From contig NZ_JNUP01000067.1 of the NCBI RefSeq assembly GCF_000758165.1, forward strand, positions 77,646 to 141,645: 64,000 bases of DNA. The letters are read 5' to 3'. Under the pieces are notes generated by a model. That model worked only from the letters and a program-made list of their open reading frames with translations, was not told the origin of the DNA and did not search any database. The position numbers and the translations under genes were made by a program. This DNA is from Spirochaeta lutea. GTDB lineage: Bacteria; Spirochaetota; Spirochaetia; DSM-27196; Salinispiraceae. Below, one piece after another: positions 1 through 9,409 of the stretch (positions are counted from its first letter, which is position 1; each line of letters begins with the position of its first letter).

Positions 1-357
1 CCTGAGACATCCCCCAACTACCAGTACATTATCGACAAGCTGCCCAACCTCGGTGATGCAACCTGGGTAGAAGATATGGGCATCACTCTCGTACACGCAA
101 GCTCTGCTTCCGAAGTGTATGCCCATGCAATAACCCTGGAAGGGGCAAGCGCAGTGGTCAATATGGGGTATCGATCTGTAAATCTGCAGTTTTACACCGA
201 TTTTCCACAAACCTATGAAGGCGACTGGGATGAGGCATACTATCGAACCCTGGGGGTTCATGCCGAGGAGTATACGGTATTCGGCGGGTATCCCTATCCC
301 GTTGCGGATGACTTGGATGACTACCTAAGAACCGATGCCTACGGCTTTGAGGAATAG
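1..357 (+). CDS. Partial CDS (3' end) of a hypothetical protein. The reading frame is open from position 1 with no upstream stop.
   Basis: The frame of the 76..357 ORF stays open back to base 1 (PETSPNYQYIIDKLPNLGDATWVEDMG...). It ends at the TAG at 355-357 and is followed by a strong terminator. No recognisable family. Confidence 0.45.
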   Translation, partial: PETSPNYQYIIDKLPNLGDATWVEDMGITLVHASSASEVYAHAITLEGASAVVNMGYRSVNLQFYTDFPQTYEGDWDEAYYRTLGVHAEEYTVFGGYPYPVADDLDDYLRTDAYGFEE

Positions 358-390
358 GCAGATAGTGCTGATATAACGTCAGTAATTCTA

Positions 391-421
391 AGCCCGGGGT
401 TTTGGCCCCGGGCTTTTTTTA
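391..421. terminator. Rho-independent terminator between convergent genes, probably bidirectional.
   Basis: Stem AGCCCGGGG / CCCCGGGCT with loop TTTTGG, followed by a T-run of 7 nt. It lies between the + ORF ending at 357 and the - gene ending at 427. Confidence 0.65.
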
Positions 422-426
422 GCGCA

Positions 427-1581
427 TCACGGGGTAAAGATGGTTTTTTGCAGGTAGTCCTGGAGGATTCGGGCGATGGCGTGGGAGGCGTTTTTGAACT
501 CCATGGCCTCCAGGCGGGTTTTAGCATCGTCCAGGATGTGGGGGTTTTTTAGGATCTTTTTGAGGTGACGGACAAAACCCCGGGGTGAGGGGGTGAACCA
601 GCCTACCTTCTGGCGCTGAACAAAGCGGATGTTCTCCCATTCGTGGCCGGCTACGAAGTCAAAGAGAAAGACGGGTTTTTTAAGAAAGACCGCTTCAAAC
701 ACACTGGCCGGTCCTGCCTTGGCAGCCACCACATCCGAGACTGCTATTAGCTCGTTCATATTGGATACGAATCCCAGGGGTATGAGGTTCAGGGTTCGAC
801 AGGACGGCTGCCAGGTGTGCAACTCGGCCTTCAGCTCCTCATTTTTCGCACAGATTACCAGGGCGTTCAGGGGAAGGTCTGCCTTAACCAGGGCTTTGGC
901 AAAGGCCCGGAGCTTGCCCTGCCCTTCTGCACCGGAGCTGATGATCAGGGTCGGTTTGGTATCCTGGATGCCCAGATCCTTCTTAAGAGCAGTCAAATCA
1001 CCGGGAATATCAAAAAAACTGGGGCGGACCGGATAGCCGGCCAGAATCACCTGATCAGCGCTCATACCCCGATGTACGGCGCGGTCCCGGACACGTTCGG
1101 AACCTACCACCATGAGATCAACCTCGGGCCAGAACCCGGTGGAGGTCAGGTGGAAGGGTTCGACAAAAAAATGCACGATGGGGAAGGTCAGATCGGGATT
1201 CCGGCGTTTGGCCTCGATCGCCACGGCTGCATTCAGAAAATGGGTGGCCACGAACATATCCACGGGGTTCTCCAGGAACCACTTCTCCGCAGCATCCACG
1301 AACTGCTCGGCCCATTTCAGGACGCCGAAGCGCATGATGGCTCCGAAAAAATCCTGAAGGGCGTAGCCGACCCGGGTAAGCAGGGGTTTACGAAGCATGT
1401 TCTGCCACATCTTTTTATGTTCGGCATCAAAATGCAGAGCACCCACCGCCCGGGCGAAATCCAGTACCTGTATATCGTAAGTATCTTGACTCTGAAGCTG
1501 TAAGCTCTCAGCAATTGCCAGGGCGGTACTCTTATGGCCGCCGCCCGCCTCGATCATCGCGAAAATGATCTTTTTTTTCAT
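427..1581 (-). CDS. GT28-family glycosyltransferase, monogalactosyl/glucosyl-diacylglycerol synthase-like (MGDG synthase / UgtP-like).
   Basis: N-terminus MKKKIIFAMIEAGGGHKSTALAIAESL matches the MurG/MGDG-synthase GGGH motif. Length 384 aa. GAGGA RBS 5 nt upstream of the ATG. Confidence 0.7.
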   Translation of the reverse strand: MKKKIIFAMIEAGGGHKSTALAIAESLQLQSQDTYDIQVLDFARAVGALHFDAEHKKMWQNMLRKPLLTRVGYALQDFFGAIMRFGVLKWAEQFVDAAEKWFLENPVDMFVATHFLNAAVAIEAKRRNPDLTFPIVHFFVEPFHLTSTGFWPEVDLMVVGSERVRDRAVHRGMSADQVILAGYPVRPSFFDIPGDLTALKKDLGIQDTKPTLIISSGAEGQGKLRAFAKALVKADLPLNALVICAKNEELKAELHTWQPSCRTLNLIPLGFVSNMNELIAVSDVVAAKAGPASVFEAVFLKKPVFLFDFVAGHEWENIRFVQRQKVGWFTPSPRGFVRHLKKILKNPHILDDAKTRLEAMEFKNASHAIARILQDYLQKTIFTP

Positions 1582-1983
1582 GGTATCCTCGAGACCCTAT
1601 TCCCCGAAGGGAATTCTGGTTGGTATTGCAGATCACCGGGTGTACGGGAATGTACCATCCCGATCATCTCAATGGACAAAAGATAGTACCAATGCAAGAT
1701 CGGGGTCAAATAGAATTATCCCGATCCCATGGAACTGGGTTCCCCGGATTGTTGCTTGTAACAATACGCCGGGACCGGGATGTTACCCCGATTCTCTATT
1801 GGTATACCAGTGTTCGGTTAAAATCTGATGATTTCAAAAAAAACAGCGGCTTTTTCCGATTTTCGGGGGTAATAGGGCAACCGGCGGGAATTTGCACCGA
1901 TTAGTGCAATAGGCAGGCACCCCAGCTCGGGAACCCGGGATTTCCACCGGGACGGGTTTTTGGCTTCGGGCACCGGATTATGA

Positions 1984-3462
1984 TTATAACACCAATGCAA
2001 TATCCAGCCGGGCTGTGAAAAACCGGGAATAGTATGCCAGGGGATGGGCGTCATGGGCAAAGATGAAGGGAATGGAGAGAAGCACCTCGAGCCCTTCTGG
2101 GCCGGTGTAGCCGATCTGGGCTAGGGCTGCGGCTCCCTGTACCTCGGGGTAGCGGGTAAGATCATACAAGCTGCCGGCCCGCATGATGAATCCCCGGGGA
2201 GAGGTGTAGTCCGCGGCAATCATGAGGGTACGGGAGAAATCAGGTATATCAACCTGCTCGGGGTCGCCGAAATAGTGGAATAGCCCTAGTTCCCCGGTAA
2301 TCCAGAATCCGGGCCAGGGGGTGTTCCAAAGGAATCCGCCCGCATGGGTTAACTGGGCTGCTTGCACAACCTCGGTTTCCAAGCGAAGGAGGGTTTCATC
2401 AAGTACCGGCTCGGATACCCGTAAGGCATTGGGGCTCATGGATCCCTCCCAGTACACCTGGAGCGCGCCATGGGTAAGACGGAATCCGGTGTCGATAAAA
2501 TCAGCGCGGTGAAGGTATTGGGTCAGGTTCACCTTGGGCTGGTTTGGGTTTGAGATATCCAGAGCCGGACGGTACTGAAAACGGTTGTTCCAGCCGGAAT
2601 ACCACCTGAGGAACCATTCCAGATCCCGGTACCGGGTGGACAGGTCCAGTCCGAAGGAAAGATCATCGGAATGAATCCGGGGATCGCTGTAGGAGTATTC
2701 CTGGTCATGGAACTCAGGTTCGGGTTGGTACACGACTAATAGATTCGGTGCATCGAATTCCTCCCGATACCTATCAAACTGGTCGGCAGGGTACCAGGGC
2801 GAATCGATGGAAGGCCGGAAAGCCGGGGGGCGCAGGGGATCCACCCAGAGCCTGACGGTCAGGGGGCCATGGTACAGATCGGTACCGATACGGAGCCGGG
2901 GGAAAAGTGTCTCGGCGTTCCCGGACAGTAGGGCATCCATGCCCTGGCGGGTGATGTCGGTGTACTTATTATGAACAGCCGGTTGGGTACCGGAGCTATA
3001 AAACCCCGAATCCTGACCGTATTCGAGCCAGAAGGCAGTAAAATCACCTAGAAAAAGGGTTCCAAGGGTTCGGGACAGGCTAAGCTGGGGCATGGTTGAG
3101 CCTTGGTAGGTAACCTTGTTATTTACCGGATTGTACTGAAGAATGGGAACTTGCGCGGTAAGCCTGGCTTCGAAGCTGGCGAAATCCGAGTAGCCGAGCA
3201 GATCGACGTCGAGTCCCGCCCGGGGATAGAGCACCGTGGGATCGGTTTCGGCTTGATCCTCGACGGGAATTTTCGGATTAGGCACCGGGGAAAAGAGCTC
3301 ACCGGAAGCCCACAGGCGGGGGCTCAGACTGGTTTGACCGGGGAGGTGATGGGCTGCCATGAGCCCTATGAGAAGTAATACCACCAGGGGTGGTACGCGG
3401 AAACCGGTGATCAAGGAACGGAGGAGTTCGCTAAAAAAAGGGGGCAGTCCCGGGGTTTTCAT
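1984..3462 (-). CDS. Hypothetical secreted or envelope protein. Start uncertain: the ORF is open to 3588, and the in-frame ATG at 3462 gives MKTPGL... followed by a hydrophobic stretch.
   Basis: Long ORF with a hydrophobic N-terminal segment PLVVLLLIGLMAA. No recognisable catalytic motifs. Confidence 0.4.
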   Translation of the reverse strand: MKTPGLPPFFSELLRSLITGFRVPPLVVLLLIGLMAAHHLPGQTSLSPRLWASGELFSPVPNPKIPVEDQAETDPTVLYPRAGLDVDLLGYSDFASFEARLTAQVPILQYNPVNNKVTYQGSTMPQLSLSRTLGTLFLGDFTAFWLEYGQDSGFYSSGTQPAVHNKYTDITRQGMDALLSGNAETLFPRLRIGTDLYHGPLTVRLWVDPLRPPAFRPSIDSPWYPADQFDRYREEFDAPNLLVVYQPEPEFHDQEYSYSDPRIHSDDLSFGLDLSTRYRDLEWFLRWYSGWNNRFQYRPALDISNPNQPKVNLTQYLHRADFIDTGFRLTHGALQVYWEGSMSPNALRVSEPVLDETLLRLETEVVQAAQLTHAGGFLWNTPWPGFWITGELGLFHYFGDPEQVDIPDFSRTLMIAADYTSPRGFIMRAGSLYDLTRYPEVQGAAALAQIGYTGPEGLEVLLSIPFIFAHDAHPLAYYSRFFTARLDIALVL

Positions 3463-3520
3463 GGCTGTGATTGTATCAGCCTTGATCCGGAACTGCCATT
3501 CTTTTTCTTTTTGGCGGGAT

Positions 3521-5533
3521 TTACGCGCCAGGGATTTTCTCCTGGGGAAGGACGATGGTTTGGTACACCCGGGAGGCTGCCAGGGCACAGATGCCGAAAA
3601 GCACTACATACCCCAGTGAAAGGCCGATAAAGGCTCCCCAGACCGAGAGGCCCAGAACAGACTCTAACACCCGAAGAGCGAAGGCGGTATGAACACCCCC
3701 TACCAGGAGGGGCAGGTAGAATCCCGGTATTATTTCCGCCCTAACAATAGCCCGTATCTGGGATACAGAAACGCCGATTTTCTGCATGAGAATGAAGCGA
3801 TGTCGGGCGGTGTAGGCATCGGTTATGCTCCGGAAGAACACTAACCCTGCATTTCCTGCAAACACCACCAGGGCCATAAACAGTATGATAAAAAAATACA
3901 GGCCCACATACCGGTAGAACTCATCCATCCCAAGACTCAGGGAGAAGTACTCCCCATCAATCCACTCCTGGGAGAACCGTTGCTCCATGACCCGGTCCAC
4001 CTTCCGCAGAGCCTTGATTCCCTCGGGGTCTTCTCCCGTCTGTACTGCCGCGGCACCTGCTGGAACGGCCTGGATTGTAGCAACATACTTGTTTGTTCGA
4101 AAAAACCCGTTCTCCGTCAGAACCTGGTAATCGGCATCTGACATAACCGCCAGGGTAGACCCGAGAATCCATTGAGGTAAGAGTTGTTTGGTTATAACCA
4201 TGGAGGGGTCTAGGGGAAGCGCATCCTGCCATGCCAGGGTTTCAATGAACCTTTGAACCCGTCCCAGGACCTCGGGCGGCAGGGTTCCCGGGGAGGCAGG
4301 CTGATCGGATGGGGGCCGTGTATAGAACAACAGGGTGCCTCGAGGGATGGGAGGAAGCGTGCCGCCTTGAACCGAGAGAAGGTTTTCAATCTGACTGCGG
4401 GAAACGATCCAGGCAGCGGATTCCGGGCTGTCTGGGAATTGGCTTGCGGGAGAGGAGAATTCCAGGATTTGAGTGGATAGGTTCGGCTGCATGGCAGTCT
4501 CGGGAATTTCCTGAGGCCCGGGAACATCGGAATCCCCAGAAATCTCAAAGGCTATGTCAACCTGAGAGAGCCTTGTCATCTGTTCCCGCACCGAGGTAGC
4601 ATCGCTGTAGAAGACCAGCAGCACCCCGATACCGGTAATAGCGATGGCATTCATGACTGCGACGGTAGCCAACACCAGACCGTAATTTTTACGGCGAAAC
4701 ATGAGGTTTCCCCCAGCGCTTATCAGCACGGGATCCCCTAGAGTATTCCCCCTGCGGCGGTACCAGGAAGCCAGGGCGACATGGATACCCTGAAAGACGA
4801 GAAAGGTTCCCACTATAGTTATACCGACCACGGGAAGGAAAAGCTGTAAGATGGTGTCCATGGTAACTCGGGTACTGAGGACATATCCAATGGTTACCAA
4901 CCCAACGCCGAGGACCGAGAGGAATTTCGGGGGACGGGGGCGGCCTTGCATGCTCCGCTGGCTATGAAAGAGGGTTCTTACCGGCGTCAAGAGGGCAGTG
5001 ATGAATGATAGAATACCGGCTATAAGAAAAAATGGGAGGAAGACGGCTGTTACCTCAAAGAATCCGGTGAGGCTATGTCCAATGGTAATGACTCCCGGGA
5101 TTCCGGTAAGGGATTGAAAGATCACGAGGAAGAACCGGCTGAGCAACACGCCTCCACCCAGACCGATCGCCGAAGCGAGAAGTCCCACAGCAACCTGCTC
5201 GCCTAAAATGATCCCGAATAGGACCGGTCTGGACATCCCGTGGAGGCGGTACAAGGCGAACTCCCGCTTCCGCTGGCCGGTAAAAATAATGGTGCCGTAC
5301 CAGAGAAAAACCGCACTAAACACGGCAACTATAACGGCGGATCCCCGGAAGAGCCCCTCTAACCGGAGATTTTCGTCAATCTGCGAGGTAACCTCCGGGC
5401 TGGAAAAAACAATTGCGAATATGTAATACACCATGATTGCTATGGCTGCGCTGAAGGCGTAGGTACTGTACTGTCCGATGCGGCGTCTAAAGGAAGCCCA
5501 GGTTAGGGCAGCTATACTGGCATTTCTGGGCAT
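3521..5533 (-). CDS. BceB-like ABC transporter permease (FtsX family; large single-polypeptide permease with extracytoplasmic domains).
   Basis: 670 aa with multiple TM segments at both ends and large central loops. Start codon overlaps the stop of the upstream ATPase (TAATG). It lies in a RR-HK-ATPase-permease order. Confidence 0.7.
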   Translation of the reverse strand: MPRNASIAALTWASFRRRIGQYSTYAFSAAIAIMVYYIFAIVFSSPEVTSQIDENLRLEGLFRGSAVIVAVFSAVFLWYGTIIFTGQRKREFALYRLHGMSRPVLFGIILGEQVAVGLLASAIGLGGGVLLSRFFLVIFQSLTGIPGVITIGHSLTGFFEVTAVFLPFFLIAGILSFITALLTPVRTLFHSQRSMQGRPRPPKFLSVLGVGLVTIGYVLSTRVTMDTILQLFLPVVGITIVGTFLVFQGIHVALASWYRRRGNTLGDPVLISAGGNLMFRRKNYGLVLATVAVMNAIAITGIGVLLVFYSDATSVREQMTRLSQVDIAFEISGDSDVPGPQEIPETAMQPNLSTQILEFSSPASQFPDSPESAAWIVSRSQIENLLSVQGGTLPPIPRGTLLFYTRPPSDQPASPGTLPPEVLGRVQRFIETLAWQDALPLDPSMVITKQLLPQWILGSTLAVMSDADYQVLTENGFFRTNKYVATIQAVPAGAAAVQTGEDPEGIKALRKVDRVMEQRFSQEWIDGEYFSLSLGMDEFYRYVGLYFFIILFMALVVFAGNAGLVFFRSITDAYTARHRFILMQKIGVSVSQIRAIVRAEIIPGFYLPLLVGGVHTAFALRVLESVLGLSVWGAFIGLSLGYVVLFGICALAASRVYQTIVLPQEKIPGA

Positions 5534-6330
5534 TAGACTACCCCCTGTTCCAAGGTGGTCAACATGGCGATAATCCGGTTAAAAAATACCTGGCGTAGAT
5601 CCTCGCTGCCCTGGGAGAGGGTTTCCCTCGGCTGGCTTGACCGGGTTACCTCGCTGAAGAGTCGTCCGTCCTTTATGCAGATAACACGATCGCCGAAGCT
5701 GGCCACTAGGGGATCATGGGTTACCAGGAGAATGGTTGAGTGATACCGATCTTTGAGAATCTGTATTCGGTTTAGGAGATCCCGGGCGTTTTTTGAATCC
5801 AAGGCTCCGGTGGGCTCATCTGCCAGAATCAGGGCCGGGTTTCCTACCAATGCTCTGGCCACCGCAGCCCGTTGGGCCTGCCCTCCAGACACCTCCACTG
5901 GATACCTGTCCAGGATATCAGCGATACCCAGATCCTCAGCGATCTGCCGGACCCGGTCGCGGCGGGTTTTTTTGTCCAGGGAAGATTGCAGGGTCAGGGG
6001 CAACATGATGTTCTCGGCCACGCTGAGGGTCTCCAGCAAACTGCTTTCCTGGAATATAAAACCAAGTTCTGTAGTACGGAACGCCGACAACTCACTACCC
6101 CGAAGGTCATGAACCTGCCGATTCCTGATCCGAATTTCTCCGGAGTCAGCCCGGTCGATGGTAGCCAGGCAGTTTAACAGGGTGGATTTCCCTGCCCCGG
6201 AGGGTCCCATAAGGGCGGTAAAGCTTCCCTTTTCCAGTTCAAGACTGACTCCCTGAAGAGCCGGGGTACTTACCCCGCTTTGTTTTGCCCGGTACGTTTT
6301 TACGAGATCTCGAATTTCTACTAGTGCCAT
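5533..6330 (-). CDS. ABC transporter ATP-binding protein (BceA/MacB-type).
   Basis: Walker A GPSGAGKST, ABC signature LSGGQAQR, Walker B ILLADEPTGALD. Start MALVEIRDL at 6330 with a GGAGG RBS. Confidence 0.85.
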   Translation of the reverse strand: MALVEIRDLVKTYRAKQSGVSTPALQGVSLELEKGSFTALMGPSGAGKSTLLNCLATIDRADSGEIRIRNRQVHDLRGSELSAFRTTELGFIFQESSLLETLSVAENIMLPLTLQSSLDKKTRRDRVRQIAEDLGIADILDRYPVEVSGGQAQRAAVARALVGNPALILADEPTGALDSKNARDLLNRIQILKDRYHSTILLVTHDPLVASFGDRVICIKDGRLFSEVTRSSQPRETLSQGSEDLRQVFFNRIIAMLTTLEQGVV

Positions 6331-6422
6331 AGGTGCTCCTTCCTCTCGGAAATCTACCACCCCGGACGCTTGAACATCCCCACTCCATCCTTACAAACCC
6401 GGGGAATAATCTTACAATTGTG

Positions 6423-7577
6423 TCACCTGGATGTCGGAGCAGGCCCATGGACACCGTAGAATCCTCCGTCTAAGGGTAGCTCCAGGGTTAATCGGAAGAT
6501 TTGGGGGGATTCCAATGTCATGGTAACGCCGATATTCATTGCCTTTGCCATACGTTTCAAGAGGTACAAGCCGATCCCGCTGGATTGGGGTACACCGGCG
6601 TCATGGTGATCCATTTCCTGTTTGGCTCCCTCGGACAGCCGTTCAGAGGTGGTGCGGTCCGCCCAGCCGGTGTATCCCCAGCGACCCAGGCGCGGAAGAT
6701 CTGATGTAGTGAGATTTGGTGCAGTATTCCTCACGGTGATGCCGGCAGTATCGGCATTGCGGGAGTACCGTATTTCCACCCCAATGGGCTGACCCGGGGG
6801 GCTGTACTTTACGGCGTTTATGAGAACCTGGTCTACCATAAAGGAGAACCACTTGGCGTCCACCAAACACCCCGGAAGCTGGGGGCTGTTCAGCTCTTCA
6901 GTTTCAGCGAAATCAAGTCCATCCAGGAATTGCGAAAAAGTCACCCGGATGGACTTAGGAATGCATTCCTTTACCCGGCGCCGGATTGCCGCCCGCACCA
7001 GATGTTCCGGGTTCACCGGCCGAATGAGAAAGTCCTCATGCAAACTCCGGCTTCGCAGAGCAAAAAGGGCTTGATCGCTTTTTTGAATTGCCCGGATGAG
7101 CTCCTGCTCCAGGGGCTGCTTGAATTCCGGGGGCAGATTGCTGAGCCCCAGAGATAAGGTGGAGAGGGGCTGCTTCAAATCATGGATTAACCGCGCTTGG
7201 ACGGCGGTGTACTCCTGGTGAGCCAAGACCTGATGGTTCATTCGGGCATTGAAATCATCCTGGAGTCTTTCTAATCCCCGGATGGCCAAGCTCTCCGGAG
7301 GGGTACACACAAGGTCTAGGATTCCCGGGCTGCTGGTCTTTCCCGAAGCCGCATCTGCCCGGGAGAGATTGAATCGCTGGAGGATCTGAAGGTTTATCCG
7401 GTAGCGTAAGATAAGGGCCAGAACTATACCGAAGAGTGAAACGCCGCCGCTCAGGAGCGGGGCATACAGCAATACCGGATGTAGTTCGACGGTTTCTGCA
7501 AGCAGCAGGAGGTAAAGAGCACCAAGTCCATGCCCAAACAGAACGGCCAGGGCAACCACAAAAAACCAGGGTTTCAT
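6423..7577 (-). CDS. Sensor histidine kinase, intramembrane-sensing type (two N-terminal TM helices with a very short loop).
   Basis: H-box LIHDLKQPLSTL. G-box GIGLYLLKRMAKAM. N-terminus has two hydrophobic helices with almost no extracellular loop. ATGA overlap with the response regulator gene. Confidence 0.8.
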   Translation of the reverse strand: MKPWFFVVALAVLFGHGLGALYLLLLAETVELHPVLLYAPLLSGGVSLFGIVLALILRYRINLQILQRFNLSRADAASGKTSSPGILDLVCTPPESLAIRGLERLQDDFNARMNHQVLAHQEYTAVQARLIHDLKQPLSTLSLGLSNLPPEFKQPLEQELIRAIQKSDQALFALRSRSLHEDFLIRPVNPEHLVRAAIRRRVKECIPKSIRVTFSQFLDGLDFAETEELNSPQLPGCLVDAKWFSFMVDQVLINAVKYSPPGQPIGVEIRYSRNADTAGITVRNTAPNLTTSDLPRLGRWGYTGWADRTTSERLSEGAKQEMDHHDAGVPQSSGIGLYLLKRMAKAMNIGVTMTLESPQIFRLTLELPLDGGFYGVHGPAPTSR

Positions 7578-8263
7578 ACCAACCGGTACCCTTCGCCCTT
7601 ACAGGTTTCCACCCGAGATCCTCGGTATCCCAGATGTTCTAACCGCCGCCGGAGCCGGGCAACGTTCACTGTCAGGGTATTATCATCCACATACGCATCC
7701 CGCTTCCAGAGTGCCTCAATGAGGGCATCCCGGGATACTACCCCGCCCTGAGCCTCCATCAGGGCTTGTAGTATCCGAGCCTCGTTTCTGCTGAGTTGGA
7801 CGGGTGTGTCCAGATGGGAATCGTGATAAAGGTAGTCACCCGCAAGGTTTAACCTGAGGTCCGCCCAGGATAAGATTCCCGGTGCCGTCTCCGCCAACTC
7901 GTAGCTTCGCCGGAGCAATGCCTGAACCTTGGCGAGAAGTACCGGGAATTCGAAGGGCTTGGGAATATAGTCATCGCCTCCCACCGAAAGCCCATGTACC
8001 ACATCCATGGAGGAATCCCGGGAGCTAAGAAACAGGACAGGGGCGGTGGTTTGCCCCCGAATTTGATTACATGCCCAGTATCCATCCGGTCCAGGAAGGT
8101 TCACATCCAGAAGAAACAAATGGAACTGGCGATGTGTACATTGGGCAACCAGATCCTTTGCCTGAGAAAAGCACTCTACCTGGTACCCGTATTCCGAGAA
8201 AAGGCTCCGGAGGTGTTCAGCTAGGGCACCATCATCCTCCAGAATCGCTAGACGGTACTTCAT
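7574..8263 (-). CDS. OmpR-family response regulator.
   Basis: MKYRLAILEDD...LLDVNLPGPDG receiver domain, with C-terminal winged helix ...RVETCKGEGYRLV. The ORF extends to 8431, but the receiver domain starts at the M at 8263. Confidence 0.8.
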   Translation of the reverse strand: MKYRLAILEDDGALAEHLRSLFSEYGYQVECFSQAKDLVAQCTHRQFHLFLLDVNLPGPDGYWACNQIRGQTTAPVLFLSSRDSSMDVVHGLSVGGDDYIPKPFEFPVLLAKVQALLRRSYELAETAPGILSWADLRLNLAGDYLYHDSHLDTPVQLSRNEARILQALMEAQGGVVSRDALIEALWKRDAYVDDNTLTVNVARLRRRLEHLGYRGSRVETCKGEGYRLV

Positions 8264-9039
8264 TGCACCCCACCCAAGGCCATCCGGGCGAGTTCCAGGG
8301 CGCGTTGAGGGTGTTGGGCGTGGAGATCGTGAAGTCCTCCGGGCTCGATAATACTCCTGCCCCGGGGAAGGGCCCGGAGCACGGGTTCCAGATATTCGGG
8401 AGAAAAATACACGTCCCGATCGCCCTGCCAAAGGGTTACCGGAACCTTGAGCCCGGCAATCTCATTAAGCAGGCTATACCGGGGATTCATGATGTAGCTG
8501 GCGGTATGGCTGCGGATACTGTGCCAGAGAATGGATGCTCGCTCCGGGCCGTGCATGGCGGTAAAATAGTCCTGGTAGGCAGCCGGCAATTCCTGAAAGT
8601 CGCAGAGCAGCCAGGTTGCCTTGGATGCCAGGGCCCGGTCCGAGTAGAGGCCGGGAGCCTCTGCGAATATCCCCCCCACCCTGCCGGGATTCCGGGCAGC
8701 GTAGCCCAGAGCAATGGCGCCTCCCAGGCAATGCCCCCAGAGCAGGACCTGCTCCCCGGGAGCCGCATGGGTCTGTACGATCTCTGCCAGCTCCTCAATT
8801 CCGTCTTCCACGGTGTCCTGGGGAATGGACTGGGCTACCGCCCGGGGGTCCCCGGGATCCACCGGGGGATGGAGACTTACGACCCAGTCCTGTTCGGGTT
8901 TAGCCAGGGGAATACCCGGATCGTAGCCCCTCCGGTGGAAGGCCAGGGGACGGAAATCCCGGGCAAGCTCGGGAAGCAGGGGCAGCCAGGTCCGGGCATT
9001 TTCGAATCCGTTATGGAGCAAAATGAGTAAGGGGGTCAT
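8260..9039 (-). CDS. Alpha/beta-fold hydrolase.
   Basis: LLWGHCLGGAIALGYAARNP matches the nucleophile elbow GxCxG/GxSxG context. HG oxyanion motif LLHNGF. Stop overlaps the response regulator start. Confidence 0.7.
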   Translation of the reverse strand: MTPLLILLHNGFENARTWLPLLPELARDFRPLAFHRRGYDPGIPLAKPEQDWVVSLHPPVDPGDPRAVAQSIPQDTVEDGIEELAEIVQTHAAPGEQVLLWGHCLGGAIALGYAARNPGRVGGIFAEAPGLYSDRALASKATWLLCDFQELPAAYQDYFTAMHGPERASILWHSIRSHTASYIMNPRYSLLNEIAGLKVPVTLWQGDRDVYFSPEYLEPVLRALPRGRSIIEPGGLHDLHAQHPQRALELARMALGGVQ

Positions 9040-9190
9040 GGGTTTTCATAGTATACCCCGCTCCGGGGCTTGTAAACGGAATCGAGGATGGACAGGCTTT
9101 GTGGGGTGAAAAAGGTTGCAAACTACACCTATGCAGCGGAACAAACCGGAAAGCGATCCAGGGATAGGGTCGCCGGGGCAAAGGGGTACT

Positions 9191-9296
9191 TAGTGCGCAA
9201 AAGCTTGTAACTTTCCCAGTTCACTACGCTACCTCTGGAGCCTGAATCCGGGCAACCCCGCTATATCCGGTGTAGTTTACAACCTTTTGCGCACTA
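9191..9296. repeat. 106-bp intergenic element bounded by 21-bp inverted repeats TAGTGCGCAAAAGCTTGTAAC / GTTTACAACCTTTTGCGCACTA (copy A). An additional outer arm at 9110-9129 pairs with the same right arm.
   Basis: Direct reading. The arms are near-perfect reverse complements. The internal segment contains GGGGCAAAGGGG. The same architecture and length recur at 20083-20188. Confidence 0.65.
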
Positions 9297-9409
9297 TCAA
9301 AGGGGTACCGGCCATTGCGCTCTCTCGGAACGCCTGCCCCTCGTTATGCCGCCAGCGCTACCCCAAGGCCGGATACCCGGTTATTTCGCCCCGGTTATTT
9401 TGCCTCGGG

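Noticed and set aside
817-1503. 228-aa + strand ORF (and several 60-135 aa ORFs) overlapping the glycosyltransferase gene
   Set aside because: It is entirely antisense to a well-supported GT28 gene. Its composition is that of a reverse-complement shadow frame, and no motifs are present.
8071-9030. 319-aa + strand ORF, Pro/Gly-rich
   Set aside because: It is antisense to the alpha/beta hydrolase gene and is a high-GC shadow ORF.
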